Below are positions 23,380-35,376 of a stretch of DNA of 64,000 bases, in pieces. The stretch is from Selaginella moellendorffii (taxonomy: Eukaryota > Plantae > Lycopodiophyta). The stretch is taken from positions 996,499 through 1,060,498 of the forward strand of contig NW_003314323.1 in assembly GCF_000143415.4 (NCBI RefSeq). The letters run 5' to 3'. The notes below the pieces were generated by a model. That model searched no databases and was not told the origin of the DNA. It saw only the letters and a program-made list of their open reading frames with translations. Every line of letters begins with the position of its first letter. Positions within the stretch are counted from its first letter, which is position 1. The position numbers and the translations under genes are program-made.

Positions 23380-23842
23380 AGGCAAAAAATAACAGTCTGA
23401 GATGGCATGTATTTATTTAAAAATGTAACTTATTATGGCATGGGGTTCCATGCCATTGTATTAATATTAAAAGACAATTCTTTGAGAGGATTTGCATTAT
23501 ACTAGAAGTGTTACAGCATGTTATTGGAAGTCTACGAAATTGTTTTATTAATAAGGGGAAAGTAAAGATTGAATGGGGACTTGGGCTCCACCTAGACTCG
23601 GAGCAACTAAGCCAATATTAAAAGGATAGAAAGAAATTGGACGACGATGACAAGGAGAAGAGAGAGGTGAAGCAGTGGCAGGAGGAGGAGAAGTGATTGA
23701 GTAGACATTTCCTTGTTTAAAATAAAATGGCATGTGCCTTAATGCAGTTGAATTTTGTTATATTTATATACTATATAAAGGTTTGGAAACCTTATTTTAC
23801 AAGTGGGATAATGACAATTCCCACTTTAACGAAATAGAGTTT

Positions 23843-26800
23843 GAAGGTGTTTGGCAAACATGGTAAGCTATCATCTAGCAAATATTGAGGGACTAGTCTC
23901 AATATCGCAGAGGTTCCTAACACTAGCAAGTGCAAGTCGGCATCTTGAGTTTCTCGTCACTATGTCAAGTATGCTTAACTTAATGACAACTTAGGATTTC
24001 CTTCCTTAGTGCCCTTCCGGTCTAAGTGCACATGTGCTGACCAGTTTCTCAACCAGCTTGGGTGGAGACCATAACGGGAACCAGCAGTACCAACCTCCTG
24101 CCGTCGTGGCAGTAAGGAGAGAGTGTCCATAAGGACTAGCCGACAAGTATCTTTTGATACCCGAAGTCACATTTGCAACACTCTCCCCCCCTTGGGGAAG
24201 ATCGACATCCTCATCGATGCATACTCGAGTCTAGCAAACCGTCAAGGAAACAACTCTGAAAGTTAACGGAAAGCACATTATGTGGGAAATGCACCGATTT
24301 AAATGAGTTATAGAATGACCTCTCCTCTACATCTAAAGACATTAAGACTCAGACACCCTCCGGCCGTCACCGACAAGGAAATGACTAACAAAGTTAGCCA
24401 CCCTTGCTGCTCCGAGTGCCACTCGGCTTACAAAGGAATGATACATCCCTACCTGTAGGGACATAGGGAGAAGGCCAGAGGCCCAACTGCCCCTGAGCAA
24501 GAAATCAACCCCACCGGGAAGATTTAGATAATTATTATAAACTGGCAGATTAAGTTGTTTACACGACCAAGCCCTTTTGCAAAAGTGAGTCATCAAAAGA
24601 GAGGCGGGGACTTGTGATCAGTCTACAATAGATATCCCCATGGTTATGGATTGGACCCATGCACCAAAGTGCCGAAGTCAGCCTGCCAAAATTGACCCAA
24701 GTACTAACAAACAAGAGAAACAACAGTTTGATTTATAAAAATATATTACTTTATTAATTTGCAAGATTTATTACAAGATTTACAAAAGCTAAGTTTTATT
24801 ATTATTCTCATACTGCGTGACAAGCTCACGAGCATGTGTAAGATTCTTAAGAGGTTCCCAAGTTGATTCACAAGATGGGTAACCTTTCCACTTAACAAGA
24901 TATTCCTTCGTACAACCACCACGTGTCTTATGAGACAAAAGGATAGCTTCAACCTCATACTCCAGTTCACTATCAATAACATTCAGAGCTGGAGGAACAT
25001 CCCTAGAGTGGCCAGGATCCTTATGATATGGGGCCAGTAAACTGACATGAAACACATCATGAAGGCTGGACATCGCTTGTGGAATATCCAACTGATAAGA
25101 TACATCACTAAGTCGTTTCAACACCCAATAGGGTTTAACATATCTCGGCAAGAGCTTCCGAGACAAAGAACCCTTAATGTTCAAGTTCCAGGAAGATAGC
25201 CACACCTGATCTCCCACTTGATAGGATACATCCCGACGATGCTGATCCTTATCACGTCGATACCTATCCTGAGCTTTGCCCATCGCCTTAGTAGCTCTAG
25301 ACCAACCTTGGCGTAGCTGCTCTACATAAGTCTCAACAGCTGGGACCAACATTTCGGACATTGGTTTTGGTACAATAATCTGTTGAGGGACCCCATGAGC
25401 ATTCCCTTGCAACATCTCCCATGGAGAACAGCCTATAGTGCTGTGAAATGTGTTATTATAACAGATTTTTATTGTGTCTAAATGCTCAACCCAGTCGCGT
25501 TGGTCCACTACGACATAGTACTGCAGATAATGCGCAACTTGAGCATTCACACGTTAAGTCTGCCCATCAGTCTGAGGGTGATAAGCCGTACTAAACTTCA
25601 ACTTGGTATCGAATAGCTGGAACAGTGTGCCCCAAAACTTCCCCGTAAACCTCGAATCCCTATCCAAGATCATCTCTTCGGGAACACCATGAACTTGCAC
25701 TACTTCATGGAAAAAGAGCTTTGCTGCTTGTTTCACATTTATTGTTCCCATAGTTGGAATGAAGTGTGCAATCTTCGACAACCGATCCACAACCACCATC
25801 AAAGTATCATAACCCTTAGACTTTGGCAAACAAGTGACAAAATCAAGTGTCACACTCTGAAATGGCCATGCTGGTGTTGGAATACACTGCAACTTTCTAG
25901 CTTGCTTCTCAGTTCTGCGCTTACATTGCTGGTATATAGGGCAGGAACAAACATAATCCGCTACATCACCTTCCATACCAGACCAGAAAAATCCCTTTTT
26001 CAATGAAGCCAGAGTCTTTCGCTTTCCACCATGTCCCACTGCCGGAACATCATGATGTTCCCGTAGAAATAATTGCTGAAGATCCTTAGAGGGAAGATAC
26101 AATTTTTGTTGCTTATAGAATATAAGCCCACCCCGAACTGAGAAGTGAAGCCTTGCATTAGTGCGACTAGCAACTTTCGCTACCAGGGCTCTGCTTCAAC
26201 AACCCCGCATGGCATAAGATTGCCTTTGCCAATGGATCACTTCCATATGAAGCCCGCACGTCCTCTAACTAGTCCAAACTGATTGCCGATATTGACCAGA
26301 ATTGAGCCTGACGACTCAATGCATTCGGAACAACATTGTCTTTACCAGGTTTATATATGATTTCAATATCATATCTAGCAAGCTTCTCTTGCCAACGAGC
26401 CTGCTTTGGCGTAAGCTTAGGCTGCGTAGCAAAGTAGCTCAGTGTGTTATTATCCATATAAACCTTGGTATGTCCACCCAAGTAGTGTCTCCAGTGTTCC
26501 AAGGCCAACACTATAGCAAACATCTCTTTCTCATGCGTTGGTCATCTTCGTTGGGTTTCATCCAATTTCTTGGAATAGAACGCAACGGGACAACCATGTC
26601 GCCTTAACGTAACACCAACCGCTTTGTCACAATCTTGCTGCAACACGGCACCAATAGCATAGCCAGATGCATCACAATGCACTTCAAAGGGTTTATCAAG
26701 ATCTGGGATCCTGAGAATAGGAACCGTAGTCAAGATCTCCTTCAATAGTACAAAAGCACATTCACAAGCTGGTGTCTAGTGAAACGGAATACTACTCTTT

Positions 26801-29800
26801 GTCAACTCAGTCAACAGAAGAGCAATTCTTGCAAAATTGCGAACAAACTTGCGATAGTATCCCGCCAAACTGAGAAAGGAACGAACATCTGAACAGTGGT
26901 CGGAACTTCCCAGGATTTCACCGCTTCCAACTTCTTTGGATCGACCTCAATTACGCCACCACCAACTATATGTCCAAGAAAGTTTACGTGCAATTGTCCA
27001 AAAGCGCATTTACTTTCCTTAGCATACAGTTTGTGTTCGCACAACTTCTGAAACACTAGCTCCAAGTGTTTCCAATGATCCTCCAATGTTTCACTAAAGA
27101 CTAGAACATCGTCGATATATTGGACAACAAATGTGTCTAAATAATCTCCGAATATTCTATCCATCATAGTGCTGAACGTTGCCAGAACATTGCATAACCC
27201 GAATGGTATGACAAGGAACTCATAAGATCCGTACTGAGTCTTAAAGGCTGTCTTCTCCACATCCTGATCCGCCAACCATATCTGATGATACCTGAACCAC
27301 AAGTCAAGTCGCATAAAATACTTAGCCTTTAAGAATTGGTCAAACAAGTCATCAATGCGAGGCAAAGGATAACTGTTCTTGACCGTGATCTTGTTGAGTG
27401 CTCGATAGTCAATACACATCCTCATGGTTCCATCCTTTTTCATAACAAAAAGGACTAGCGCTCTATAAGGTGACTTGCTTGGTCGGATATGACCTTTGTC
27501 AAAAAGCTTTATGAGTTGCTTCTTGAGTTTAGCCATCTCCTTGATGTTCAATCGATACGAAGCCTTTGTAGGCGGTTTAGAACCCAAAATAACCTCAATC
27601 TGATGATCAACCTCATGGCTAGGAGGTAGCCCTGGCAGCAAATCTTTCGGAAAGATATCCTGATTCTGCGCCAACAACTCCAATATCTTCTTTGGTACAG
27701 GATCAACTCTGTCGCCAATTCAAACTGAGTCACCAACACCCTTAGCTTCCATCACTTGAACCCAAAAGGTCCGACATCCCCTCTTAGCTGCTTTTTGAGT
27801 GGCCCTCGTAGTCAGGAATTTTGCATCCCAATCCTTTGAGGAATGCTTTTGCAACTAGAAGGACACATTGGGATGTCCTTCGGACTTCAACGTGATACGA
27901 CTTTGTCCAGCACCGTAAATCCCTTTTATATATTTGTTGAAGAAGTCTATACCAAACACCATCTGAAAATCTAGTATCTTCAACACTACCAAGTCCACTC
28001 TTTCTTTCCACTTGGATATCTTTATTGGAACATCACTCACAAACTTTCTGGCTATTTGCCCACCTTCCGCAAACCGGAAGTGCATAGGCGACATTTGCTC
28101 AGCATTCAATCCTAACAACTTAACTAAGTCTTCGGATATCATGCTATGCGTAGCTCCCATGTCAATCATCACTTGGATTCGGTGTCTGCGGACAAAGCCT
28201 ACCAGATACATCAACGGATCAGTGTTTGCATTGACTGCAAGAAAAGCTTGAGGAAAGCAACAAAAGTTACTCACCTCCTCTTCCTCATAGTCTGCATTGA
28301 CCAACTCGTTAACCCCTTCAGCTTCACCACCACCGTCTTCCCTTATGACATTAACATGAAACCTTGTCTTATGCTTGTTGGGACATTTCGAGGACCTATG
28401 TCCCGACTCTCCACAATGGAAGCAACTCTCCACAAACACTCTCCACACTACCCGTTCCACTAGGAGCAGGTTTTGCAAGTTGCTGCTGCTTGTACCCACC
28501 AGGAGGAGGAACAAAGGGCCTAGGACCAAAAGAAGCTGCTGGTGGTCTCCAACCACCACCACCTTTGTTAACCGTTGCTTGTGAGCCTCCAGGGCGGAAC
28601 CTGCTTTCCACCTTCTGTTTCCGATCACCTTGTTTATTCCTAGAATTCCTATTCTTATCCGAGTTACCAACATACGGTTGCTGATATTGTTCCATGAGCG
28701 AGTGACTAAAGGCAACTTGCTACGTTGCTTCCTTACACTCCAGGTACGTCTTCGACTTAAACTTCAAAATCTCATTACGAGAAAGTGAACTTAAACCCTC
28801 TAGGAAATAGCTTTGAGCATCTTCGTCACTCATATTTGCAATCATAATGCGCTTCTGAGCAAACATATTAACATAATGCATGAGATCCCCTCGTTGCTTT
28901 AACCACCGTAGCTCCGCATGAAGTCTCAGACCAAGATCATCTGGCAAGTATTCCTTACAGATACGAGACCGCATCTTGGTCCAACTTCTAGTCTGCACTT
29001 TTTCAGCACACACCTGACGCCACCAAGTTTTGGCATGATCAGTGAGAAAGGATTGCGCGCATGCAACTTTTGTACAATCATCTACATCTACCGCTATGAA
29101 ATAGTTTTCCATATCGTAGACCCAGTCCTCCAAAACTTGATAGTCCCGCATGCCTCTGAAGTTGGGAGGCTTGAACTTTGAAACTCGTGCAACCGAGGGC
29201 GGCTGCTAAACTTCATTGTCCTCAGAACTTGAAGAGGAGTCCAGTTGCTTAGGCTTAGCTGGTTTAGCTGCCTCAGCTTTTTTCTTCCTCTTCTTGTTCT
29301 CCTTCTTCAATTTGCGAATCTCCCTTTGCAAATTCTCGATCTCTACTTCTTGAGCCGCCTGCTGTAATGCCACAGCATCTGGCTCTTCCTCTTCTGACTC
29401 AGCCTCAGCCTCTTCCACAGCATCTCTAGCAGGAGTTTCCTCCTCTTGATTCGCCCGTCTAGAGGTTTTAGTGTCATCAGCACGGTTCCTCTTCACCATC
29501 CTGTTAGCTGCATGCATGCCTCTATTAGTAACTGAACATGCATACAACGTTCTTACTGAATGGTGTAATCCAACTAATCTTACATAGGTCGCTTTGGATC
29601 TACTAGAAAAGTCTTTGCGTATGTAACTTGAGTCAGAAAATCCGACAAAAGTTGAATAGAAATCGCTGAAACAATTCCTCTGATACCAAATGTAGCGCAC
29701 CTAAATTTGGAGCTAAACTCCAAGCTTGTTGCACTACGAACGAGGGTATGGTACAATCCCACGAGCACCAGCTCCCCATATCCAACACTTGCACGCAAAA

Positions 29801-30608
29801 TGGTGTTAGACGGAGTCTGGCACAATTTTGGCATACCGGTGGCCTAACACGAGGAGGAGGGTACTCCACTGACTAGAGCAGCGTGGAGCTTGGGCTTAGA
29901 CCCAAGCCGAACATAAAACAAGGAGCGACACAACCCAGCAGAAGCCAAACTAATGTCTCAAGTGGTCGGACATGCATTCCAACCACTATCCCTACTATAT
30001 ATTTGAAACCCCCCCATAACCCCCCCCCCCCCCCCCGTGAGGAACACATGCTTTGGGCTTTCACCCTAAGCCTCCCTTAGTACCAGGAGTTAGTCTCTGG
30101 GACAAGCTCAAAACCTACTAAATATGGAATGGCGCTAGATTGCGAATTTGGACATGGGACGAACACCATTGTGTTTAGATCGACCTCTACATTCCGTAGA
30201 GATGCCAAATAAGCGAATCTAGACACTTTCCATAAATAGCATTTGGGACCGAAATGAGACGGGTATGATAGTGAGGGTGTTTGGCAAACACGGTAAGCTA
30301 TCATCTAGCAAATATTGAGGGACTAGTCTCAATATCACGGGGGTTCCCAACACTAGCAAGTGCAAGTCAACATCATGAGTTTCTTGTCACCATGTCAAGT
30401 ATGTTTGACTTAATGACAACTTAGGATTTCCTTCCTTAGTGCCCTTCCGGTCTAAGTGCACATGTGCTGACCAGTTTCTCAACTGATTTGGGTGGAGACC
30501 ATAACAAGAATTAGCAGTACCGACCTCCTGCCGTCGTGGCAGTAAAGAGAGTGTCCGTAAGGACTAGCCGACCAGTATCTTTCGATACCCGAAGTCATAT
30601 TCCTGACA
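23843..30608 (-). mobile_element. Ty3/Gypsy chromovirus LTR retrotransposon (decayed); 5' LTR 29691-30608, truncated 3' LTR 23843-24180
   Basis: TG..CA LTR; PBS TGGTATCAGAGG at 29677-29688; PPT GGGGGGAGAG at 24181-24190; gag-PR-RT-RH-IN-chromodomain order. Confidence 0.95.
24789..29499 (-). pseudogene. Gypsy gag-pol with stops and frameshifts
   Basis: Gag capsid; zinc knuckle CFHCGESGHRSSKC; protease IDMGATH; RT RMCIDYRALN and YIDD; RNase H CDASGYAIGAVL; integrase HH-CC and TAYHPQTDGQT; chromodomain YEVEAIL..YLVKWKGY..STWEP. Confidence 0.95.
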
Positions 30609-33600
30609 GGTTAGCTTGGTTGTTAGAGAGTTTTGAGTGGTGATTCACTCTTGCTTTCTTCTATATTTTTTCTGGTGTTGATAACATTGAAGTGATGCCT
30701 TATCATTAACATTATTAATATTGAGATTTGAGTGAAGTGAGATGCCTCTCCGTATGATTGATATTAATTTTCATTAGTCTTGATGTAAATAGTGTTGATA
30801 CTTGGGCTATAGCTTTGTGTTATTAGTATTCATACATTTGCTAGTTAACAACTGTTTTGATGTTCAAACAAACCGAATGGTAAGTTTGAGTTACTTATGT
30901 ACTAAATGAAATTATTTAGTAGAGGTTTAGATTTAGCTTTTCCTTGAAAAGTGGTTTAGTCATGGATAATGCTAACTTTACGTGATGAAGAGTTAGTGAT
31001 TGATATTGAAATTTTAAATCCTTATTGGATTTGAGTTGGAATATATTGATCATTGATGATTCTTTTTGTGTTAACAAAGCTATGCTCAACAAATGATTAC
31101 AAAATGATCCTCCATGAATTCATCTATAGCAAGATGTAATTCACTTTATAACAATGTTTGACTTTTGGATTGATGCAGATATGCTCTTCATTAATTTTGC
31201 ATTATGAAGTTTAGTTTATGGATGTGTTAAAAATGATATTATGGGTTATACTATAATTTCTTCTTTAGCATTGAAGTTAGTTCATATGAGATTTGTGATC
31301 ATTATTATTCAAGACTTAACTAGACTTCTTTGAGCTTTTGGTTCCTTAAATTTTCATATTTGTGGTTCATTTGTTTGAAATTGTTGGGGAAGGTATTTTG
31401 GCTTATTAATTTCGATGTTAAATTTAGATTTTGCATCTAGTAATCATTGGTGATGATTGACTATCATCTAGGATAGTTGATTACTTTTGTCAAAAGTTTT
31501 ACTTGATTATTATTGATCTAGAATGATTTGCCGTTCTTCAGGATGGTGGATTCTTTTCTTCGGCAATGATTATGTATTTCTTTATTGATGGGATGATTGA
31601 TGATTTTTTATGATAGTTAGTTGTTCTCTTTGAGAGTTTATGGTTTTTTGCATTACCACAAATTCTTTGTAGTTTGCTCTAGATTGGTCTCTTGGGTTTG
31701 AGATATTAGTAAGATGTTGCTAACACTTGCTTAAGCAACTTGAGTTCTTTTGTATTGTTGATTGAGATCTATTCAAATTAGCTAATACGATAGTTGGCAT
31801 GAACACTATGTTTGTTGATCTTGTAACATTTATTCTGTTCTATTAATTATTGTTCAAGTTAGTTTTGATAGATTTAGATATTATTTCTTTGGGTGATACA
31901 TTTGCAAGTATTTTGTTTGCCAGTAAATAATACTTTGTGTTCCTTGAGTTGTCTTTTGTAAGTTGTTTGGCATGCTATTTATAATCTTTAGTAGTTAAGT
32001 TTTATCATTGAGTTTACTTGATGGTACATTGGCTATTGAATTTTGTTAGATAGTAAATCGTATGTTTTCCAACTATAGTGATCTTGATGGTTCCTATACT
32101 CGGATAATAATTTACTTGGAATACTTTTGTGTTCTAATCTAAGATTTAATCACTGATAATTAAGTCTCTAAGATATCATTGTTCTTGACTTTTGGGCCAG
32201 TATAGGTAGACTAGCTTCGGCACTTCATGTGCATGGTGAAATTGTTGCGAATATGACTTCGGGTATCGAAAATTACCTGTCAATTAGTCCTTTCGGATAT
32301 TCTTTCCTTACTACCACGATGGCAGGAGGTCGGTATTGTTGGGCCCGTTATCAGTTCCCACTTAGGCTAGCTAAGAAACTGTTCAATGACCATGTACTTA
32401 AATTGGATAAACATAAAGTAGGAACCCTATGTGTTTCTTGCTAAACATACTCGGCCTGGTTTGAGAAACTCTTGTCATTGGCTTGCACTTGCTAGTATCA
32501 AGAACCCCCGTGATATTGAATTTGGTCCCTTAATATCGCTAGATGATAGCTTACCGTATTTGCCAAACACCCTCACTATCATGTCTTTTGTGTTAGTCTC
32601 ATTTCGGTCCCAAATGCTATTTATGGAAAATGTCTAGATTCGCTCATTTGGCATATCTACGGAATGTAGAGATTGGCCTGAACACAATAGTCTTCATCCC
32701 ATGTCTAAATTCACAATCTAGGAATATTCTATTTTTAGTAAGTTTCGAGCTTGTCACAGAGACTAACTCCTGGTACTAAGGGAGGCTTGGGGTGAAAGCC
32801 CAAAGCGTCTATTCCTAGGGGAGGGTGGGGCGGCTGTGGGGGGTTCTAAATGTATAGTAGGGATAGTCGGTAGGTCAGGCATGGCTGACTAACTTGAGGC
32901 ATAGTTTAGCTCCCACTTGTGTGCCGTCCTTGTTTTGCATCCGGCTTGGGTCTAAGCCCAAGTTCCATTCCATGCTAGCTAGTGGAGTACCCATGTTCTT
33001 GCGTTAGGCCATCGATATGCCGAAATAATGCCAGACTCCATTTGGCTCTGTTTTACATGCTGGTCCTAGCATTAAGATGTTAGTTGCTCTAAGACTGTTC
33101 CAAGTCGCTCTAAGCTCCTATCCCTTTGCTCCTTGGGCTATATGTTTGGGAGTTACTCCATAGTCCGGTTCCGTCATTCCTTGGCTCCATGCTTGGGAGT
33201 TTGGTACTGTTCCTTCGTTCAGTGGCCCAAGGCCCTGAACCTCGGGTTCCACACCATTGTCCTATGCACACGTAGCATATGACATGTGGCACATGGAGGG
33301 TTTAGGTTCCGCTTCGTGGTGTTATCCTATGGTAAATCACCATAGGATAAAGGGTAAAACACCACATGTGCTACATTTGGTATCAGAGGATGAGTCTCAG
33401 TGAGTACTATCTAATGAGATTGGGTGACTAGTCTCATTGTATACACAGAGATGAAAACGATGATCCAAGTGGGTACACATTTGGGTGTAAAGGCTTCGCG
33501 TTCATTCTTTAGGTATGGATTTTGGTTACCTTTTTGTACCGCATTGTATGAGCTTACTCTTGGGCTCATAAGAGTTGGGTGTAAAATGTTCTATTTGTAT

Positions 33601-35376
33601 GAGTTTGCGCTTGGGCTCGTGAATGAGGCACATTAGCAACTCAAGGATAATAATTTACTTGGAATACTTTTGTGTTCTAATCTAAGATTTAATCACTGAT
33701 AATTAAGTCTCTAAGATATCATTGTTCTTAACTTTTGGGCCAGTATAGGTAGACTAGCTTCGGCACTTCATGTGCATGGTGAAATTGTTGCGAATATGAC
33801 TTCGGGTATCGAAAATTACCTGTCAATTAGTCCTTTCGGATATTCTTTCCTTACTACCACGATGGCAGGAGGTCGGTATTGTTGGGCCCGTTATCAGTTC
33901 CCACTTGGGCTAGCTGAGAAACTGTTCAATGACCATGTACTTAAATTGGATAAACATAAAGTAGGAACCCTATGTGTTTCTTGCTAAACATACTCGGCCT
34001 GGTTTGAGAAACTCTTGTCATTGGCTTGCACTTGCTAGTATCAAGAACCCCCGTGATATTGAATTTGGTCCCTTAATATCGCTAGATGATAGCTTACCGT
34101 ATTTGCCAAACACCCTCACTATCATGTCTTTTGTGTTAGTCTCATTTCGGTCCCAAATGCTATTTATGGAAAATGTCTAGATTCGCTCATTTGGCATATC
34201 TACGGAATGTAGAGATTGGCCTGAACACAATGGTGTTCGTCCTGTGTCTAAATTCACAATCTAGAGACATTCCATATTTAGTAAGTTTCAAATTTGTCTC
34301 AAAGACTAACTCTTGATACTAAGGGAGACTTGGGGTGAAAGCCCAAAGCATGTGTTCCTCAAAGGGGGGGGGCTGTGAGGGGTTCCAAATGTATATTAGG
34401 GATAGTTGGTAGGTCGGGCATGGCTGACTAACATGAGGCATAGTCTAACTCCTACTTGTGTGCCTGTCCTTGTTCTGCATTTGGCTTGGGTCTAAGCCCA
34501 AGTTCCATTCCATACTAGCTAGTGGAGTACCTATGTCCTTGCGTTATGCCACTGATATGCCGAAATAATGCCAGACTCCATTTGGCTTTGTTTTACATGC
34601 TGGTCCTAGCATTAAGATGCTAGTTGCTCTAAGACTGTTCCAAGTCACTCCAGGCTCCTGTCCCTTCACTCCTTGGGCTATATACTCAGGAGTTGCTCCA
34701 TGGTCCGGTTCCGTCACTCCTTGGCTCCATGCTTGGGAGTTTGGCACCGTTCCTTTGTTTAGTGGCCCAAGGCCCTGAACCTTGGGTTCCACACCACTGT
34801 CCTATGGACACGTGGCATATGACACATGGCATATGGAGGGTTTAGGTTCCACTTCGTGGTGTTATCCTATGGTAAATCACCATAGGATAAAAGGTAAAAA
34901 ACCATGTGCGCTACAGAAATCTCTAATCATGGGGTAGCTATTGTTAATTGGTCATATCACCCACCTCTCTGTCGATGTTCCTTATTCCGTTAAAAGGGCA
35001 TGATTACCTGTTTACAGTAGTCTATCTAAACTTTACCGATGGGTTTGGTTTCTTTGCTCATGAGGGTTGGGGCCTTTGGCTTCTCTCTCTATATCCCTAC
35101 AAGTAGGGGCATACCACACTTTTGCAAGCTAAGTGACACTCAAAGCAGCAAGGGTGGCTAACTCCATTGGTCATGTTCTTATTTGCAACGGTCAAAAGGT
35201 GTATGAGTTGGTAATGCATCCGCATTAGACAAAGAGGTTACCTTAACTCATTTAAGTTGGTGCATTTCTCACATAGTGTGAGCACCGTGAACTTTTTCTA
35301 GAGTTGTTTCTTTGCCAGTAGTCTAAATTCGAGTATGCATCATCAAGAATGTCAATCTTCCCTAAGGGGCGGAGAG
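30609..35376 (+). mobile_element. Continuation of non-autonomous LTR element internal region, carrying a nested LTR-element insertion
   Basis: Homologous to 39278-41174; ends in PPT AAGGGGCGGAGAG immediately before LTR 35377. Confidence 0.8.
32243..34915 (+). mobile_element. Nested, internally deleted LTR element (LTR 32243-33375, PBS, LTR 33786-34915)
   Basis: TG..CA termini; PBS TTTGGTATCAGAG at 33376; TSD GAAAT at 32238-32242 and 34916-34920; empty site visible at ~40696. Confidence 0.85.

Larger units (their letters stand above)
10523..23842 (-). mobile_element. Complete ~13.3-kb TIR DNA transposon, copy B (transposase on -, cargo gene on +)
   Basis: Perfect 21-bp TIR CTCTATTTCGTTAAAGTGGGA at 10526-10546 and 23819-23839. 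Probably 24 bp with an imperfect outer triplet. Right end interrupts a Gypsy LTR. Confidence 0.9.

Noticed and set aside
10749-23748. Repeated palindromes as a CRISPR array
   Set aside because: Spacing is irregular (60 bp to ~1.8 kb), copies lie in introns and exons, the context is eukaryotic and no cas genes are present.
32229-34180. Duplicated small ORFs (71 and 68 aa)
   Set aside because: They lie within duplicated LTR sequence and show no coding features.
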